DNA from: an uncultured Acidobacteriota bacterium | Lineage (GTDB): Bacteria > Acidobacteriota > Terriglobia > UBA7540 | Direction of reading: 5' to 3' | Length of the DNA stretch: 64,000 bases | NCBI GenBank assembly: GCA_963803295.1 | Contig: CAWDMC010000017.1 | Span: 6,791 to 70,790, forward strand | Shown: piece after piece, positions 10,604-20,952 of the stretch | How the letters are laid out: each line of letters starts with the position of its first letter | Numbering within the stretch: position 1 is the first letter of the stretch | Made by a program: the position numbers and the translations under genes | Notes under the pieces: generated by a model | Told to the model about the DNA's origin: nothing | Databases searched by the model: none | Seen by the model: only the letters and a program-made list of their open reading frames with translations

Positions 10604-12067
10604 ATGAGCGTATTCGCAGAGACCAAAACCAAATATGAACCGGTAATCGGACTGGAAGTGCACGTCCAGTTATCCACCAAATCGAAGATTTTCTGCTGCT
10701 GTTCGACGCGTTTTGGCGACCCGCCGAATAACAACACCTGTCCAGTGTGCCTGGGACTGCCGGGTGCATTGCCGGTGTTGAATCGTGAAGCTGTGACCAT
10801 GGCCATGAAAGCAGCGCTGGCCTTGAACTGCACGATCAATCCAAGGTCGCGGTTCGCGCGCAAAAACTATTTTTACCCCGATCTGCCCAAGGGATATCAG
10901 ATCTCGCAATACGATGAGCCGCTGGCCGAGTATGGCCATCTCGATGTCGAGTTTGACGGCGCGACCAAGCGCATCGGGATCACACGCGTTCATCTCGAAG
11001 AGGACGCGGGCAAATCGCTGCACGAGGGCTTTGCCGATTCTGACCGCAAGTCGTATATCGACCTGAACCGCTCCGGCGTGCCCCTCATCGAGATTGTCAG
11101 CGAACCGGACCTGCGGTCGCCCGAAGAGGCTTACGAGTACATGATGCGGCTCAAGACGCTGCTGCTGTATCTCGACGTGTCCGACTGCAACATGGAAGAG
11201 GGCAGCTTGCGTTGCGACGCTAACGTCAGCGTGCGCGCAGCGGGTGCCAGCGAATTCGGTGTCAAGACCGAAGTGAAGAACCTGAACTCGTTCCGGTTTC
11301 TGCAGAAGGCACTCGCCTACGAGATAGAAAGGCAGATCGGAACGATTGAGGACGGCGGCAAGATCATACAGGAAACGCGTCTGTGGGACAGCCGTGAGCA
11401 GCGCACCTACGGCATGCGATCGAAAGAAATGGCTCATGACTACCGTTACTTCCCGGAGCCCGACCTGCTGCCGGTGGTAGTTACGCGGGAGTGGCTGGAG
11501 GAAGTGCGGCGGTCGCTGCCCGAGCTCCCGGCGGCGCGCGAGGACCGGTTTGTTCGCGAGTACGCCTTGTCAACCCAAGATGCTGAGCATCTGACATTAT
11601 CAAGGACAATGGCAGAGTATTTTGAAGGAATCGTGCGGGCCGGCGCTGATCCTAAGTTGGCGGCCAATTGGCTCCTGAACGATTATATCTTTCTGCTTCA
11701 GGAGTTGCAGGTAGGGTTCACGTCTTATCCAGTCGCTCCCACAGGATTCGCCGAATTGCTCTCGCTAATCAGCAATCAAACTGTCTCTGGCACCATGGCG
11801 AAGGAAGTCTTGCGAGAGATGATCCGCACGGGAAGGCCCCCATCAGAGATCGTGAAGGCACAGGGGATGCAGCAGATAAACGATCCGGAGAAGATTGCGC
11901 TGATGGCTCGCGAAATCATCGCGGCCAACCCCAAACAAACGGAGCAGTATCGCAAGGGTAAGACGGCGACGCTCGGCTGGTTCGTGGGTCAACTGATGAA
12001 GGCCACACGCGGTCAGGCCAAGCCCGAGCTTGCCCAGGAAATCCTAAAAAAAGAACTGGCCGGCTAA
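10604..12067 (+). CDS. gatB: Asp-tRNA(Asn)/Glu-tRNA(Gln) amidotransferase subunit B
   Basis: [52 protein letters not shown], and C-terminal YqeY-like tail [15 protein letters not shown]. Confidence 0.97.
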   Translation: MSVFAETKTKYEPVIGLEVHVQLSTKSKIFCCCSTRFGDPPNNNTCPVCLGLPGALPVLNREAVTMAMKAALALNCTINPRSRFARKNYFYPDLPKGYQISQYDEPLAEYGHLDVEFDGATKRIGITRVHLEEDAGKSLHEGFADSDRKSYIDLNRSGVPLIEIVSEPDLRSPEEAYEYMMRLKTLLLYLDVSDCNMEEGSLRCDANVSVRAAGASEFGVKTEVKNLNSFRFLQKALAYEIERQIGTIEDGGKIIQETRLWDSREQRTYGMRSKEMAHDYRYFPEPDLLPVVVTREWLEEVRRSLPELPAAREDRFVREYALSTQDAEHLTLSRTMAEYFEGIVRAGADPKLAANWLLNDYIFLLQELQVGFTSYPVAPTGFAELLSLISNQTVSGTMAKEVLREMIRTGRPPSEIVKAQGMQQINDPEKIALMAREIIAANPKQTEQYRKGKTATLGWFVGQLMKATRGQAKPELAQEILKKELAG

Positions 12068-12149
12068 ACGAAGCGCATATCCCGCGTCGACAGTCGCCCC
12101 AACAGCGATCTCGTAATGGTCTCGGAGTACAATAGGCCGCGAGGTCGCT

Positions 12150-14660
12150 GTGCCACGATTCAGAATACTTATCCTCCGGTTCTATCTGCTGCTCGCATTC
12201 CTGTTGTTGCCGGCGTGCATGCGACGGGCTCCATTCGATGCTGACGAGGCTTACGGTCAGGCTGTTCTGCTTCGCCGTCGCGGGGACCTGCGACAGGCCC
12301 TGGCGCTTGCCGATAGGGGAGTAGCGCAATTCGGCAACAGCCGCGAATCGGAATGGTTTTGGAAGTTTCGGCTGCTCAAGGCTGAGGTCCTTCTGACCCA
12401 GGGCAAGGCGGCGGCTGCATCCAAGCTGCTCGACGGTCCTCTACCTGCATTTCCCGAGACTCCCGAATTCCGCTCTCGTCTCCTGCTCGATCGAGGTCTG
12501 GCCGAATTTTCGCTCTCGAAATTCGCGAGTTCGAAAAGTCTGTTTGACGGATCTCTCGAAATTGCGAAGGCGCATCAATTGTGGCCCCTGATCACCGAGA
12601 TCGAGATGCGGCGGGGAGCGGCGTTGACGCGGTTGGGCGATGCGCAGTCTAGCGAGGCAGACTTCCGCGACGCGCTCAGGCTGGCGAGGCAGCAAAACGA
12701 CATTTATCTTGAGGCTTCAATACTGGGCAATCTCGGGTTCCTGCGCATGAGTACGGCACGATATGACGAGGCCATATCCTGGTACAACCAGTCAATGGCT
12801 CTCTTCGCTCGTTTTCAGTCGAAGACTTCCACCACGCGAATCCTCAACAGCCTCGGATACTGCTATGTCCAGCTTGGTCAGCCTGAGCACGCGATTCCGC
12901 GCTTCCAGACAGCAGAACGCCTGGCTGCAGAGATTGGTGAGTTAACTGACCGTCACATCAGCCTCGGGCGTATTGGCGATTGGTATCAAGACCGCGGCGA
13001 GTACGACAAGGCAACTGTGTATTATCAGCAGGCCATTGATGTGGCGCGCCAGGCGCATTCGCCCTACTGGACAGGTAAGTGGTTGTATCAAATCGCCGCC
13101 ACGGCCCTGGCGATGGGAGATCTCTCGCGTGCCGAAACTTACAATCGCCAGTCCCTTGTAATCGAGGCCGAGGTCGACAATCCCGTGGAACGTCTGTGGC
13201 CCCGGATCAACGAAGCGCGCATCGCCGAACTGCGCCATCGGCCGGGGGAGGCCGAGAGCACCTATCGCACGGTGATCGCGTCCGCCGAGAAGCTGGCCAG
13301 CGTAAAGGATCCCGGGCTCACGCTCGAGGCGCGGGGCCGACTGGCCAATCTCCTGGTTTCTTTGCACCGTGACCGCGAGGGCGAAACCGAGTTCCGCAAT
13401 GCCTTGACGCTTATCAATACGGGCCAGTCCGAGTTCGACCAAGCCCAGTACCGGATCAGCTACTTCTCAAGCCTGGTGCGCTACTACCAGGACTATGTGG
13501 ATTTTCTCGTTGCCAAGCACCGCGAAATTGATGCGCTGCAAGTGGCGGAATCCAGCCGGGCCCGCGTCCTCGCCGAGAAGTTAGGCCGTATCGATCGATC
13601 CGGCCTTGGGGAGAAGCGGTACGATTACCGCAGACTGGCGCGAGCCACCGGGACGATCCTGCTTTCCTACTGGCTGGCTCCGCGCCGGTCGTTTCTCTGG
13701 GTGATTACCCCGGAAAGAATCGCCACCTTCAGCCTGCCTCCTCAAGTGGAGATCGAAACCATGGTGAACGCCTACGCGGAGCGCATTCAGGCGCTGAGAG
13801 ACCCCGTGCCGGACGGGAGTGCAATTGGAACAAAGCTCGATGTGATTCTGCCGGCGTCCGCCCAAGCATTGATTCGGCCGGGTTCGAAAATCGCCATCGT
13901 ACCGGACGGCGCCTTACATAATCTCAATTTTGAAACGCTGCCTGCACCAGGCACTCCCCCTCGATATTGGATCGAAGACGTAACGATTGCGGTGGTCCCT
14001 TCTCTAGACCTCGCGTTTCGAGCTGCCTCGCGATCTCCGAGAGCCGGCGGCGAGGCTTTGCTGATCGGCGATCCCGTACCGGCAGACGACCAGAGTTTTC
14101 CCCGATTGTCCAATGCCGAACCGGAGATTACGGCAATCAGGCGGCAGTTTAGTCACGCTGTGGTGCGGACGAGAGAGATGGCTGAGCCCTCTGCTTACGC
14201 GGCGTCAAATCCTAAACAGTTCTCCATTATCCACTTTGCCGCGCATGCTGAGGCCAACCGCGATGACCCGCTCGACTCGGCTATCATCTTGTCGAAACGC
14301 GGAGACACCTTCAAGTTGTACGCGAGAGATGTGGCTCGTGTGCCGATTGCGGCCAATCTGGTCACCCTTTCTGCCTGTAACAGCGCCGGAAGCCGCACCT
14401 ACGCCGGCGAGGGACTCGTGGGATTCGCCTGGGCGTTTCTGCAGGCTGGAGCCCGTGACGTGGTGGCGGGACTGTGGGAAGTCGACGATCGATCCACAGC
14501 GGAGTTGATGGAGAACCTTTACTCCCAGGTACGCCAGGGGAAAAATCCGCAGCAGGCGTTACGCCTGGCCAAACTGAGACTGCTCCGCAGCCGGGGATCC
14601 TATCGTAAGCCTTATTATTGGGCGCCCTTTCAGGTGATCACGGACTCACTCGATCGCTGA
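12150..14660 (+). CDS. TPR-repeat plus CHAT-domain protein, exported (possible lipoprotein)
   Basis: GTG start. Signal-like LLLAFLLLPAC, about 450 aa of TPR-like repeats, and a C-terminal CHAT block (IIHFAAHAEANRDDPLDSAIIL, LVTLSACNSAG, GLVGFAWAFLQAGARDVVAGLWEVDD). Confidence 0.85.
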   Translation: MPRFRILILRFYLLLAFLLLPACMRRAPFDADEAYGQAVLLRRRGDLRQALALADRGVAQFGNSRESEWFWKFRLLKAEVLLTQGKAAAASKLLDGPLPAFPETPEFRSRLLLDRGLAEFSLSKFASSKSLFDGSLEIAKAHQLWPLITEIEMRRGAALTRLGDAQSSEADFRDALRLARQQNDIYLEASILGNLGFLRMSTARYDEAISWYNQSMALFARFQSKTSTTRILNSLGYCYVQLGQPEHAIPRFQTAERLAAEIGELTDRHISLGRIGDWYQDRGEYDKATVYYQQAIDVARQAHSPYWTGKWLYQIAATALAMGDLSRAETYNRQSLVIEAEVDNPVERLWPRINEARIAELRHRPGEAESTYRTVIASAEKLASVKDPGLTLEARGRLANLLVSLHRDREGETEFRNALTLINTGQSEFDQAQYRISYFSSLVRYYQDYVDFLVAKHREIDALQVAESSRARVLAEKLGRIDRSGLGEKRYDYRRLARATGTILLSYWLAPRRSFLWVITPERIATFSLPPQVEIETMVNAYAERIQALRDPVPDGSAIGTKLDVILPASAQALIRPGSKIAIVPDGALHNLNFETLPAPGTPPRYWIEDVTIAVVPSLDLAFRAASRSPRAGGEALLIGDPVPADDQSFPRLSNAEPEITAIRRQFSHAVVRTREMAEPSAYAASNPKQFSIIHFAAHAEANRDDPLDSAIILSKRGDTFKLYARDVARVPIAANLVTLSACNSAGSRTYAGEGLVGFAWAFLQAGARDVVAGLWEVDDRSTAELMENLYSQVRQGKNPQQALRLAKLRLLRSRGSYRKPYYWAPFQVITDSLDR

Positions 14661-14759
14661 AGCCGCCTGCTACTCTCGGCCACTCTAAGTCTCGCCTCTC
14701 CTCAACCACGTCACCATCCGTGATGATTTTCAAAAGAACCGCCGACGGAACCACCTTGG

Positions 14760-16193
14760 TCAGGGTTCCGCCAGGATATCCTTGAGCGCCGGCGAATCCC
14801 CAAAACTCGCATCGTCAATGCCCATCGCCCTCAAGATCGTGGGTCCGATCGAAACCATGCGGATGCGATGCAAATTCATCCCGGCGCGAATTCCCGGGCC
14901 CGCCGCAATAAATGACGACAGCAGCCCACTGCGGTAAGGGAAGTATCCGTGCGTTCCGCTCCGGGGCCCTTTCGGACCTACCACATCTCCCGCAGCTTGA
15001 GCTGTAAAGGCGGACCCATCCGCAGCCTCAAGCGCTAGTCCTACGCCAGGATCGGCGCCAAGTTCTTTGAGGGCCGGCCGATTGATCCAAGCCCACAGCA
15101 CTCCCTGATCCCGCAACGGCTTCAGGGCCGCTTCCACCTGCGGCAGCATTTGGGCATCCTCTGATTCCGGCCAGTAAATGAAAAATGAGCCGCCATTAGC
15201 GATGGTCTGGATTTTGCCACCGGTGACAGTGCCCTGGGCATTGGCCGTGAGCAGGCCTGCTTTCGCGAGTAGCACGTCCGGTGACAGGTTTCGCTCCACC
15301 GGGAGGAATCCGTGATCAGACACCACGAAAATGTCGGTGGACTTTTCAAGACCGGCTTCCTTCACTGCCGTCAAAATCTCGCCGATATGCGCATCAATCT
15401 TCTCCAGCATGGCCAGCGCTTCCGGGCTTCCTGGACCGTAGTGGTGCTGGGTGTCGTCGAGCATCTCGAGGTGCACCAGAAGCAGATTTGGGTGGTGTTT
15501 CTTCTCGAGGTAGACTGCCAGTCGAGTACGGTCCAAGTCCCAATCGCCGCCCGGCGTTGGCGGCCCAAGTGCGCCGAGCACTTCCACGGCCAGCATGGGG
15601 TTCATGAACTGGGCGAGATAGGCGGGATCCTGCGACTCGCCCTTGGCGGGATCCCAGATTTCGGGGATATCCCAGTCGATGGCAGCGCCCACGGTCACCG
15701 GCCAGGCCACCGAGGCGCTGGTGAGGTGAGCCTTGCGAGCTTCATCCCACAGCGTTGGAGACTTGATGTCTTTCGCGAACCAGAACCAGTCGCCTGCGTG
15801 CTGGCCGGGCGTGCGCGACGACAGGTTGGTGTAGATGCCGTGTTCCGCCGGCAGCTTTCCCGTCACCAGGGTTGTGTGCGAAGGATAGGTTACGGTAGGA
15901 TAGACGCCCTCGACCCCTTCGGCGTAGCTTCCTTCCTTCATGAGGCGGCGCAGGTTGGGAATCAGCTCACCGGCTTCGGGCGCAGCGTAGTCGCTTGCAC
16001 GCATGCCGTCCACCGAGATCACCACCGCATGACGGCCGCCTGCTTCCTGGCCCCACAACGACGGAATCCTGGCTGGCCACACTACCAGGAATATCGCCAG
16101 GAGCAATGTCAGCGAGAGCTGACGCGGGTGAGAAGAGGAGACGAGTGCTCCACAACCGGGGCCGGTACTGGTTGTTTTCCGGCTCGTTCGCAT
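14760..16193 (-). CDS. alkaline-phosphatase-superfamily nucleotide pyrophosphatase/phosphodiesterase
   Basis: VVISVDGMRASDY, YPTVTYPSHTTLVTG, FVVSDHGF and GTHGYFP metal-site blocks. Start placed at ATG 16193 (MRTSRK... TM anchor), only 10 nt from the divergent start at 16204, so one of the two starts may be wrong. Confidence 0.8.
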   Translation of the reverse strand: MRTSRKTTSTGPGCGALVSSSHPRQLSLTLLLAIFLVVWPARIPSLWGQEAGGRHAVVISVDGMRASDYAAPEAGELIPNLRRLMKEGSYAEGVEGVYPTVTYPSHTTLVTGKLPAEHGIYTNLSSRTPGQHAGDWFWFAKDIKSPTLWDEARKAHLTSASVAWPVTVGAAIDWDIPEIWDPAKGESQDPAYLAQFMNPMLAVEVLGALGPPTPGGDWDLDRTRLAVYLEKKHHPNLLLVHLEMLDDTQHHYGPGSPEALAMLEKIDAHIGEILTAVKEAGLEKSTDIFVVSDHGFLPVERNLSPDVLLAKAGLLTANAQGTVTGGKIQTIANGGSFFIYWPESEDAQMLPQVEAALKPLRDQGVLWAWINRPALKELGADPGVGLALEAADGSAFTAQAAGDVVGPKGPRSGTHGYFPYRSGLLSSFIAAGPGIRAGMNLHRIRMVSIGPTILRAMGIDDASFGDSPALKDILAEP

Positions 16194-16203
16194 CCAACGT
16201 CCT

Positions 16204-16887
16204 ATGAGCACGTCCACCTCGGCAATACTGGTGTCTTCCGAGAACCGGCGCACGCATCTGGCGCAAGTGGTCACGGCTCTCGAAGTGCTGATCGTCTATG
16301 CTGGCATTCTACTGTATATCTGGCGCTGGCAGTACACCCACCCCCTGTACTGGATGGCGCTGTTCGCAACCATACTCCTGACTCACCGGCTGCATCATGA
16401 CTCGTTTTCGACCCTCGGCCTCGACAAATTGCGGTCGAGTGCGGAAAACATCCTGCCCGTGGCGCTCCTCGGGCTGCTCTTGACGCTGCTCATTTATGGA
16501 TTCGCCTCTCATCGGCTTGCTCTGCTGTGGCCTGGCAAGCAGTCGCTGGTCAGCTTGGCGGGATACGGCGCGTGGTCGTTGTTTCAGGAGTATCTTGCCC
16601 AGTCCTACTTTAACAACCGGCTGATGAGCGTGATCCGAAATCGTCGCGTCAGCACGGTTGCCAGCGCCTTGATGTTCGGCTCCGCCCACATTCCCAATCC
16701 CGTACTCATGCTGGCGACTTTCATTGCAGGATTACTCTTCTCCTGGAGCTTCGCGCGGCATCGCAACATCTGGCCCATCGCTTTCGCGCACATGGTGGGT
16801 GGATTTCTCGTCGCTGCCGTGTGCCCGCCGGCCCTGATCCACAACATGCGCGTCGGGCCTGGGTATTATTTCTATTACCTGAAGTAA
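16204..16887 (+). CDS. CPBP family intramembrane metalloprotease (CAAX/Abi-like)
   Basis: Polytopic ORF with the three CPBP motif regions (FQEYLAQSYFNNR, MFGSAHIPN, AFAHMVGGF). Confidence 0.75.
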   Translation: MSTSTSAILVSSENRRTHLAQVVTALEVLIVYAGILLYIWRWQYTHPLYWMALFATILLTHRLHHDSFSTLGLDKLRSSAENILPVALLGLLLTLLIYGFASHRLALLWPGKQSLVSLAGYGAWSLFQEYLAQSYFNNRLMSVIRNRRVSTVASALMFGSAHIPNPVLMLATFIAGLLFSWSFARHRNIWPIAFAHMVGGFLVAAVCPPALIHNMRVGPGYYFYYLK

Positions 16888-16943
16888 GCCTACGGAAAAC
16901 ACAGGTCAGAGGACAGAAGGCCCAGAATCGAGGACCGCTCGTA

Positions 16944-18075
16944 TTACATCCGAATCGAGTGGAGGTCGTGCCTTGCGCGGGCACGTGGCAGATAGGGATT
17001 GGCCGTGATCTGCCCTTCGAACGATCGCGCCCAGCGTCCCGGGATCTGAGTTGCGCAGGATGGGCAGTGTCCCTCCGCCGTGATGTGATAGTCGAGGATC
17101 AGGTAACCGTAGCGCTCCACCAGCAAGGCGCGGCAGTTGGGGCAATAGGTGTTCTCGAGATCACCTACCCGGCCCGGCAGGTTGCCTGCGTAAATGTAGC
17201 GCAGCCCCGCCCGCCTGCCGATCTCAGCGGCACGTTGCAGGTCCTCAGCGGTGGTGTCCGCTGGATCGTGCATCTTGTAATCCTGGTGGAATGCGGTCAC
17301 GTGCCAGGGTATATCGGGCGAAATGCCTGCCAGGAAAGCAGCGAGTCGCTCGAGTTCATCACTGGTATCGTTGAAGCCGGGGATGAGCAGGGTAACGATC
17401 TCCACCCAGATGCCCATTTCGTGCAGGCTGCGGATGGTCCGCAGAATGGGTTCGATGCGCCCGCCCAGGGAACGATAGTGGCGGTCGTCAAAACTCTTGA
17501 GATCCACCTTGTAGAAGTCAACCCAGGGACGCAGATAGTCGAGCACTTGGGGGGTGCCGTTGCCGTTCGACACGAAGGCGGTCTTCAGACCCGCGGACCG
17601 CGCCTGCTTGAAGATTTCCACGGCCCATTCACTGGTGATGAGCGGCTCATTGTAGGTGCTCACCAGGACCCTCGCACCCTGCCGCAGGGCGTCGGCCACT
17701 AACGCTTCCGGCGTGGCCTCGAGCGGCCGCGAATACTGCCTGGGGATCACGCAAGGCCTGCGAGGTCACCCAGTTCTGGCAATAGGAACAGTGCAGATCG
17801 CAACCGAGCATGCCGAAGCTATAGGCCAGGGCGCCGGGATGGGCGTGGAAGAAGGGCTTCTTCTCGATAGGATCGCACTGCTCGCCGCCCACGTATCCCC
17901 ATGGTACGTAGAGCTTGCCCCCACGATTGAAGCGCACTTTGCAGGCGCCCACTTGGCCGTCGGGAATCGGGCAGCAGTGGCCGCAGGCGAAGCAGCGCAC
18001 AAAATCGCGGTCTATCTTTTCGTAGAGATCGCCTTCGCGAACGTTTGCTTCCAGGATTTCTTTTAGCGTGGACAT
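16944..18075 (-). CDS. AmmeMemoRadiSam-system radical SAM enzyme (AmrS-like), frame break at G4 run 17742-17745
   Basis: ORFs 17647..18084 and 16944..17750 join into one protein. The N-terminal Cys cluster and CDLHCSYCQNWVTSQALRDP are followed in the next frame by RQYSRPLEATPEALVADALRQGARVLVSTYNEP, and the C-terminal CPNC...CPSC is present. Removing one C from the coding-strand CCCC restores the frame. Confidence 0.8.
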
Positions 18076-18340
18076 ACAACGCACCCGGTGAGGTCTGCTA
18101 CCGGGGCCTGAACATGGAGCGTCGACTGGAGTCCCTCACCTACATCAATTATAACCTGATATAAGGTGAAGCGCGGCAAGTCCGGGTGACCCTGGTGGCG
18201 GCCCATACCTTGTACTGAGTGAAGCAAGCGCGATTGCATCCTCTCCATCCTTCTGACGATTTTATCCTTATGATACGCTTGATCCATGCTGCTTGCTGCA
18301 GCGCGACGCCGGTTAGCTGCCCAGAGAGAGACATCGGAGC

Positions 18341-19324
18341 ATGAGGATCCTGGTTACAGGTAGCAGCGGTCATTTGGGCGAAGCGCTGGTTCGCACTTTG
18401 AGGAACAACGACAGCGAAGTCATCGGTGTCGACATTACACCGTCAGAATTCACGAAAGAGGTCGGGTCAATCGTTGACCGGCATTTTGTCAAACGATGCA
18501 TGGAAGACGTGAACGCCGTGATCCATACGGCGACCCTGCACAAGCCCCATGTCGTCACTCATAGCCGGCAAAGCTTCGTTGACACCAACATCACAGGCAC
18601 GCTTAATCTCCTGGAAGAGGCCGCGCTCGCTGGAGTTGGCTCGTTTGTCTTCACCAGCACGACTAGTGCCTTTGGCAGCGCGCTTACTCCGCCCCCTGGA
18701 GCCCCCGCAGCTTGGGTGACCGAGGATGTCACGCCCGTTCCCCGCAACATCTATGGTGTAACCAAGACCGCGGCTGAGGACCTTTGCGAGCTATTCCACC
18801 GCAAATTCCGACTCGCCTGCCTCATCCTGAGAACTTCGCGCTTTTTTCCTGAAGAGGATGACCGCAAAAAGACGCGGGAGGCTTACGACGACGGCAACGT
18901 CAAGGCGAACGAGTTTCTCTACCGGCGTGTAGATCTCGAGGATGTGGTCAGCGCTCATCTGCTCGCGATCGAGAACGCTCCCCTAATCGGCTTCGGCCGT
19001 TACATTATCAGTGCGACCACACCGTTTACCCAGGATGATCTATTTGACCTGCGTACCGATGCGCCCCTGGTGCTGAAGCGAAGCTTCCCAGACTACGAGG
19101 CTGAGTACGAACGCCGTGGTTGGAAGATGTTTCCCGGCATCGATAGGGTCTATGTTAACGAGCGAGCCAGGAGCGACCTCGGTTGGGTGCCCCGGTACGA
19201 CTTTGGGTACGTTCTCGACAGGCTGAGAGCGGGCGCTGACCCGCGCAGTCCGCTCGCGCGCAGGGTGGGGTCAAAGGGTTACCATTGCTGTGAGTTCGCA
19301 GAAGGACCATACCCTGCGGAATGA
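18341..19324 (+). CDS. NAD-dependent epimerase/dehydratase family protein (extended SDR)
   Basis: MRILVTGSSGHLGEALV Rossmann N-terminus and a YGVTK catalytic YxxxK. Confidence 0.85.
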   Translation: MRILVTGSSGHLGEALVRTLRNNDSEVIGVDITPSEFTKEVGSIVDRHFVKRCMEDVNAVIHTATLHKPHVVTHSRQSFVDTNITGTLNLLEEAALAGVGSFVFTSTTSAFGSALTPPPGAPAAWVTEDVTPVPRNIYGVTKTAAEDLCELFHRKFRLACLILRTSRFFPEEDDRKKTREAYDDGNVKANEFLYRRVDLEDVVSAHLLAIENAPLIGFGRYIISATTPFTQDDLFDLRTDAPLVLKRSFPDYEAEYERRGWKMFPGIDRVYVNERARSDLGWVPRYDFGYVLDRLRAGADPRSPLARRVGSKGYHCCEFAEGPYPAE

Positions 19325-19410
19325 CTGTCGCACTTGCCTGCTTGCAGCCGCATCTCTTAAAGCCGATGGCCAGTTCTGATCGTGCTGCTGCTCCAGGCAA
19401 TTGCGAGGAA

Positions 19411-20535
19411 CTACCGAGCCACCGGCGAAACCGTCTGGGCCGTGCGTGCCGCCTGTTGCAAGGCTGATTGGATCATAATGAACTCACCCACGTTTTCGAG
19501 CGCCAGCATGCCGACGAGTTGCCCGTTGTGAAGCACAGGGAGAGAGCGCACACCCGAACTGCGAAGCTTGGCGATTGCGCCCTCCAGCATGTCATGCGAG
19601 TCCACCACCGGAACATCCCGTTGCATGGCTTCGCGCACGTGCGTATCGGGACCGCGCTCCGCCAGCACCCGCACCAAGTTCTCCCGGGTAAGCACTCCCA
19701 TCACGCGATCGCCGAACACCACCGGGAAATCCTGCTGCCAGCCGGCCATGATGTCGCTGATGGCGAGCGAGAGCGGATCGTCGGGTTGCAGCGTATGGAA
19801 TTCAGTGTGCATGACGCGCTGCACCGGTACTCCACCGAGCGAATAGCGCATGGTTACCATCGCAGCTTCTTCGGAAGCGCCCATCCAAACAAAGAGCGCA
19901 ATAAAGAGCAGGAAGGGATCGAAAAAAAGCCCCAGGAGCCCGAACAGCAAAGCCATCGCCTGGCCTACATGAGCCGCGGTCTGCGTGGCCCGGGTGTAGT
20001 CCAGTCGCGTTGCCAGCAGAGCCCGCAGCACGCGGCCTCCGTCCATGGGGAATGCCGGCAGTAGGTTGAATCCTACCAGCCACAGGTTCATCGCCATGAT
20101 CCGGGTGAAAAAGTCCCCGCCCGTCCAATTCACATTTGTCAATTGCCGGGTGGTAACGGTATGACCGTTGATGGCAAGCACTCCGAAGATAATGCCTGCG
20201 ATCAGCACGTTGACGGCCGGACCGGCCAGAGCTACGGCCAGTTCCTGCGCGGGCTTCTCGGGCATCCGCTCCAGACGCGAGACGCCGCCGATGGGCAGCA
20301 GGACGATGTCGCGCGTCTGGATGCCGAAGCGGCGGGCGGTGAGGGCGTGCCCATACTCGTGAGCCACGATACAAGCGAAGATGGCCAGGATAAACAACAA
20401 TCCTGAAAGCGCCACGCTCAGACTGTGTCCCGTCGCCCAATAGCCGACAAGGATGAAAAAGACCAACAATAGGAAAGTGGCGTGGACGTACAGATTGATG
20501 CCTGCCAGACTGCCGATTTTCCAGGACCAGCGCAT
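19411..20535 (-). CDS. site-2 protease family (M50) metalloprotease with CBS pair
   Basis: HEYGHALTARRFG HExxH in TM context, NLLPAFPMDGGR, and a C-terminal tandem CBS region. Confidence 0.88.
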   Translation of the reverse strand: MRWSWKIGSLAGINLYVHATFLLLVFFILVGYWATGHSLSVALSGLLFILAIFACIVAHEYGHALTARRFGIQTRDIVLLPIGGVSRLERMPEKPAQELAVALAGPAVNVLIAGIIFGVLAINGHTVTTRQLTNVNWTGGDFFTRIMAMNLWLVGFNLLPAFPMDGGRVLRALLATRLDYTRATQTAAHVGQAMALLFGLLGLFFDPFLLFIALFVWMGASEEAAMVTMRYSLGGVPVQRVMHTEFHTLQPDDPLSLAISDIMAGWQQDFPVVFGDRVMGVLTRENLVRVLAERGPDTHVREAMQRDVPVVDSHDMLEGAIAKLRSSGVRSLPVLHNGQLVGMLALENVGEFIMIQSALQQAARTAQTVSPVAR

Positions 20536-20952
20536 TTGACAGACCTCCGCCGCCTGGGACCTCCATTACCGAGGAACGTCCCGGGCATCGAGTTCTGACT
20601 TGAATCTCTCTGATGACCATAGCACGTTCCAGGGTGGATTTCATGCCGGCCCTCTCATTTGAGTTGAATAATGTTGAATAATATAGCGGGTACACGTTTG
20701 TGCCGCCTAGCTCGCCTTGGCTTGTCGATTTCGTGTGTGAAGCGGTGTTGTCGGGTAGCGCGGACTTTGTGCGTTTCAAAGTCCGCGGCTTCTTGATTCC
20801 GCGGCACGCTCGCTGGGTCCTGTTCGGCCGGCCTGGGGTAAACGGCGCCTCGGATTTGTTGCACGGAAGAGCCGCAGAGTTTCTGTAAGGCGAAACTCGG
20901 CGCTACGCTCGCTCGGGGTCCAGAGGGATCCAGCAGGTTGGAGGAGCACGAT

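Noticed and set aside
15312-17702. Plus-strand ORFs 15312..16400 (362 aa) and 16821..17702 (293 aa)
   Set aside because: They are antisense to the phosphodiesterase and AmrS genes, which have clear family motifs. There is no independent support for them.
19802-20779. 325-aa minus-strand ORF in an alternative frame over the M50 protease gene
   Set aside because: It is on the same strand as the M50 gene but out of frame with it. It is Arg/Pro/Gly-rich junk, while the HExxH/CBS frame is clearly the coding one.
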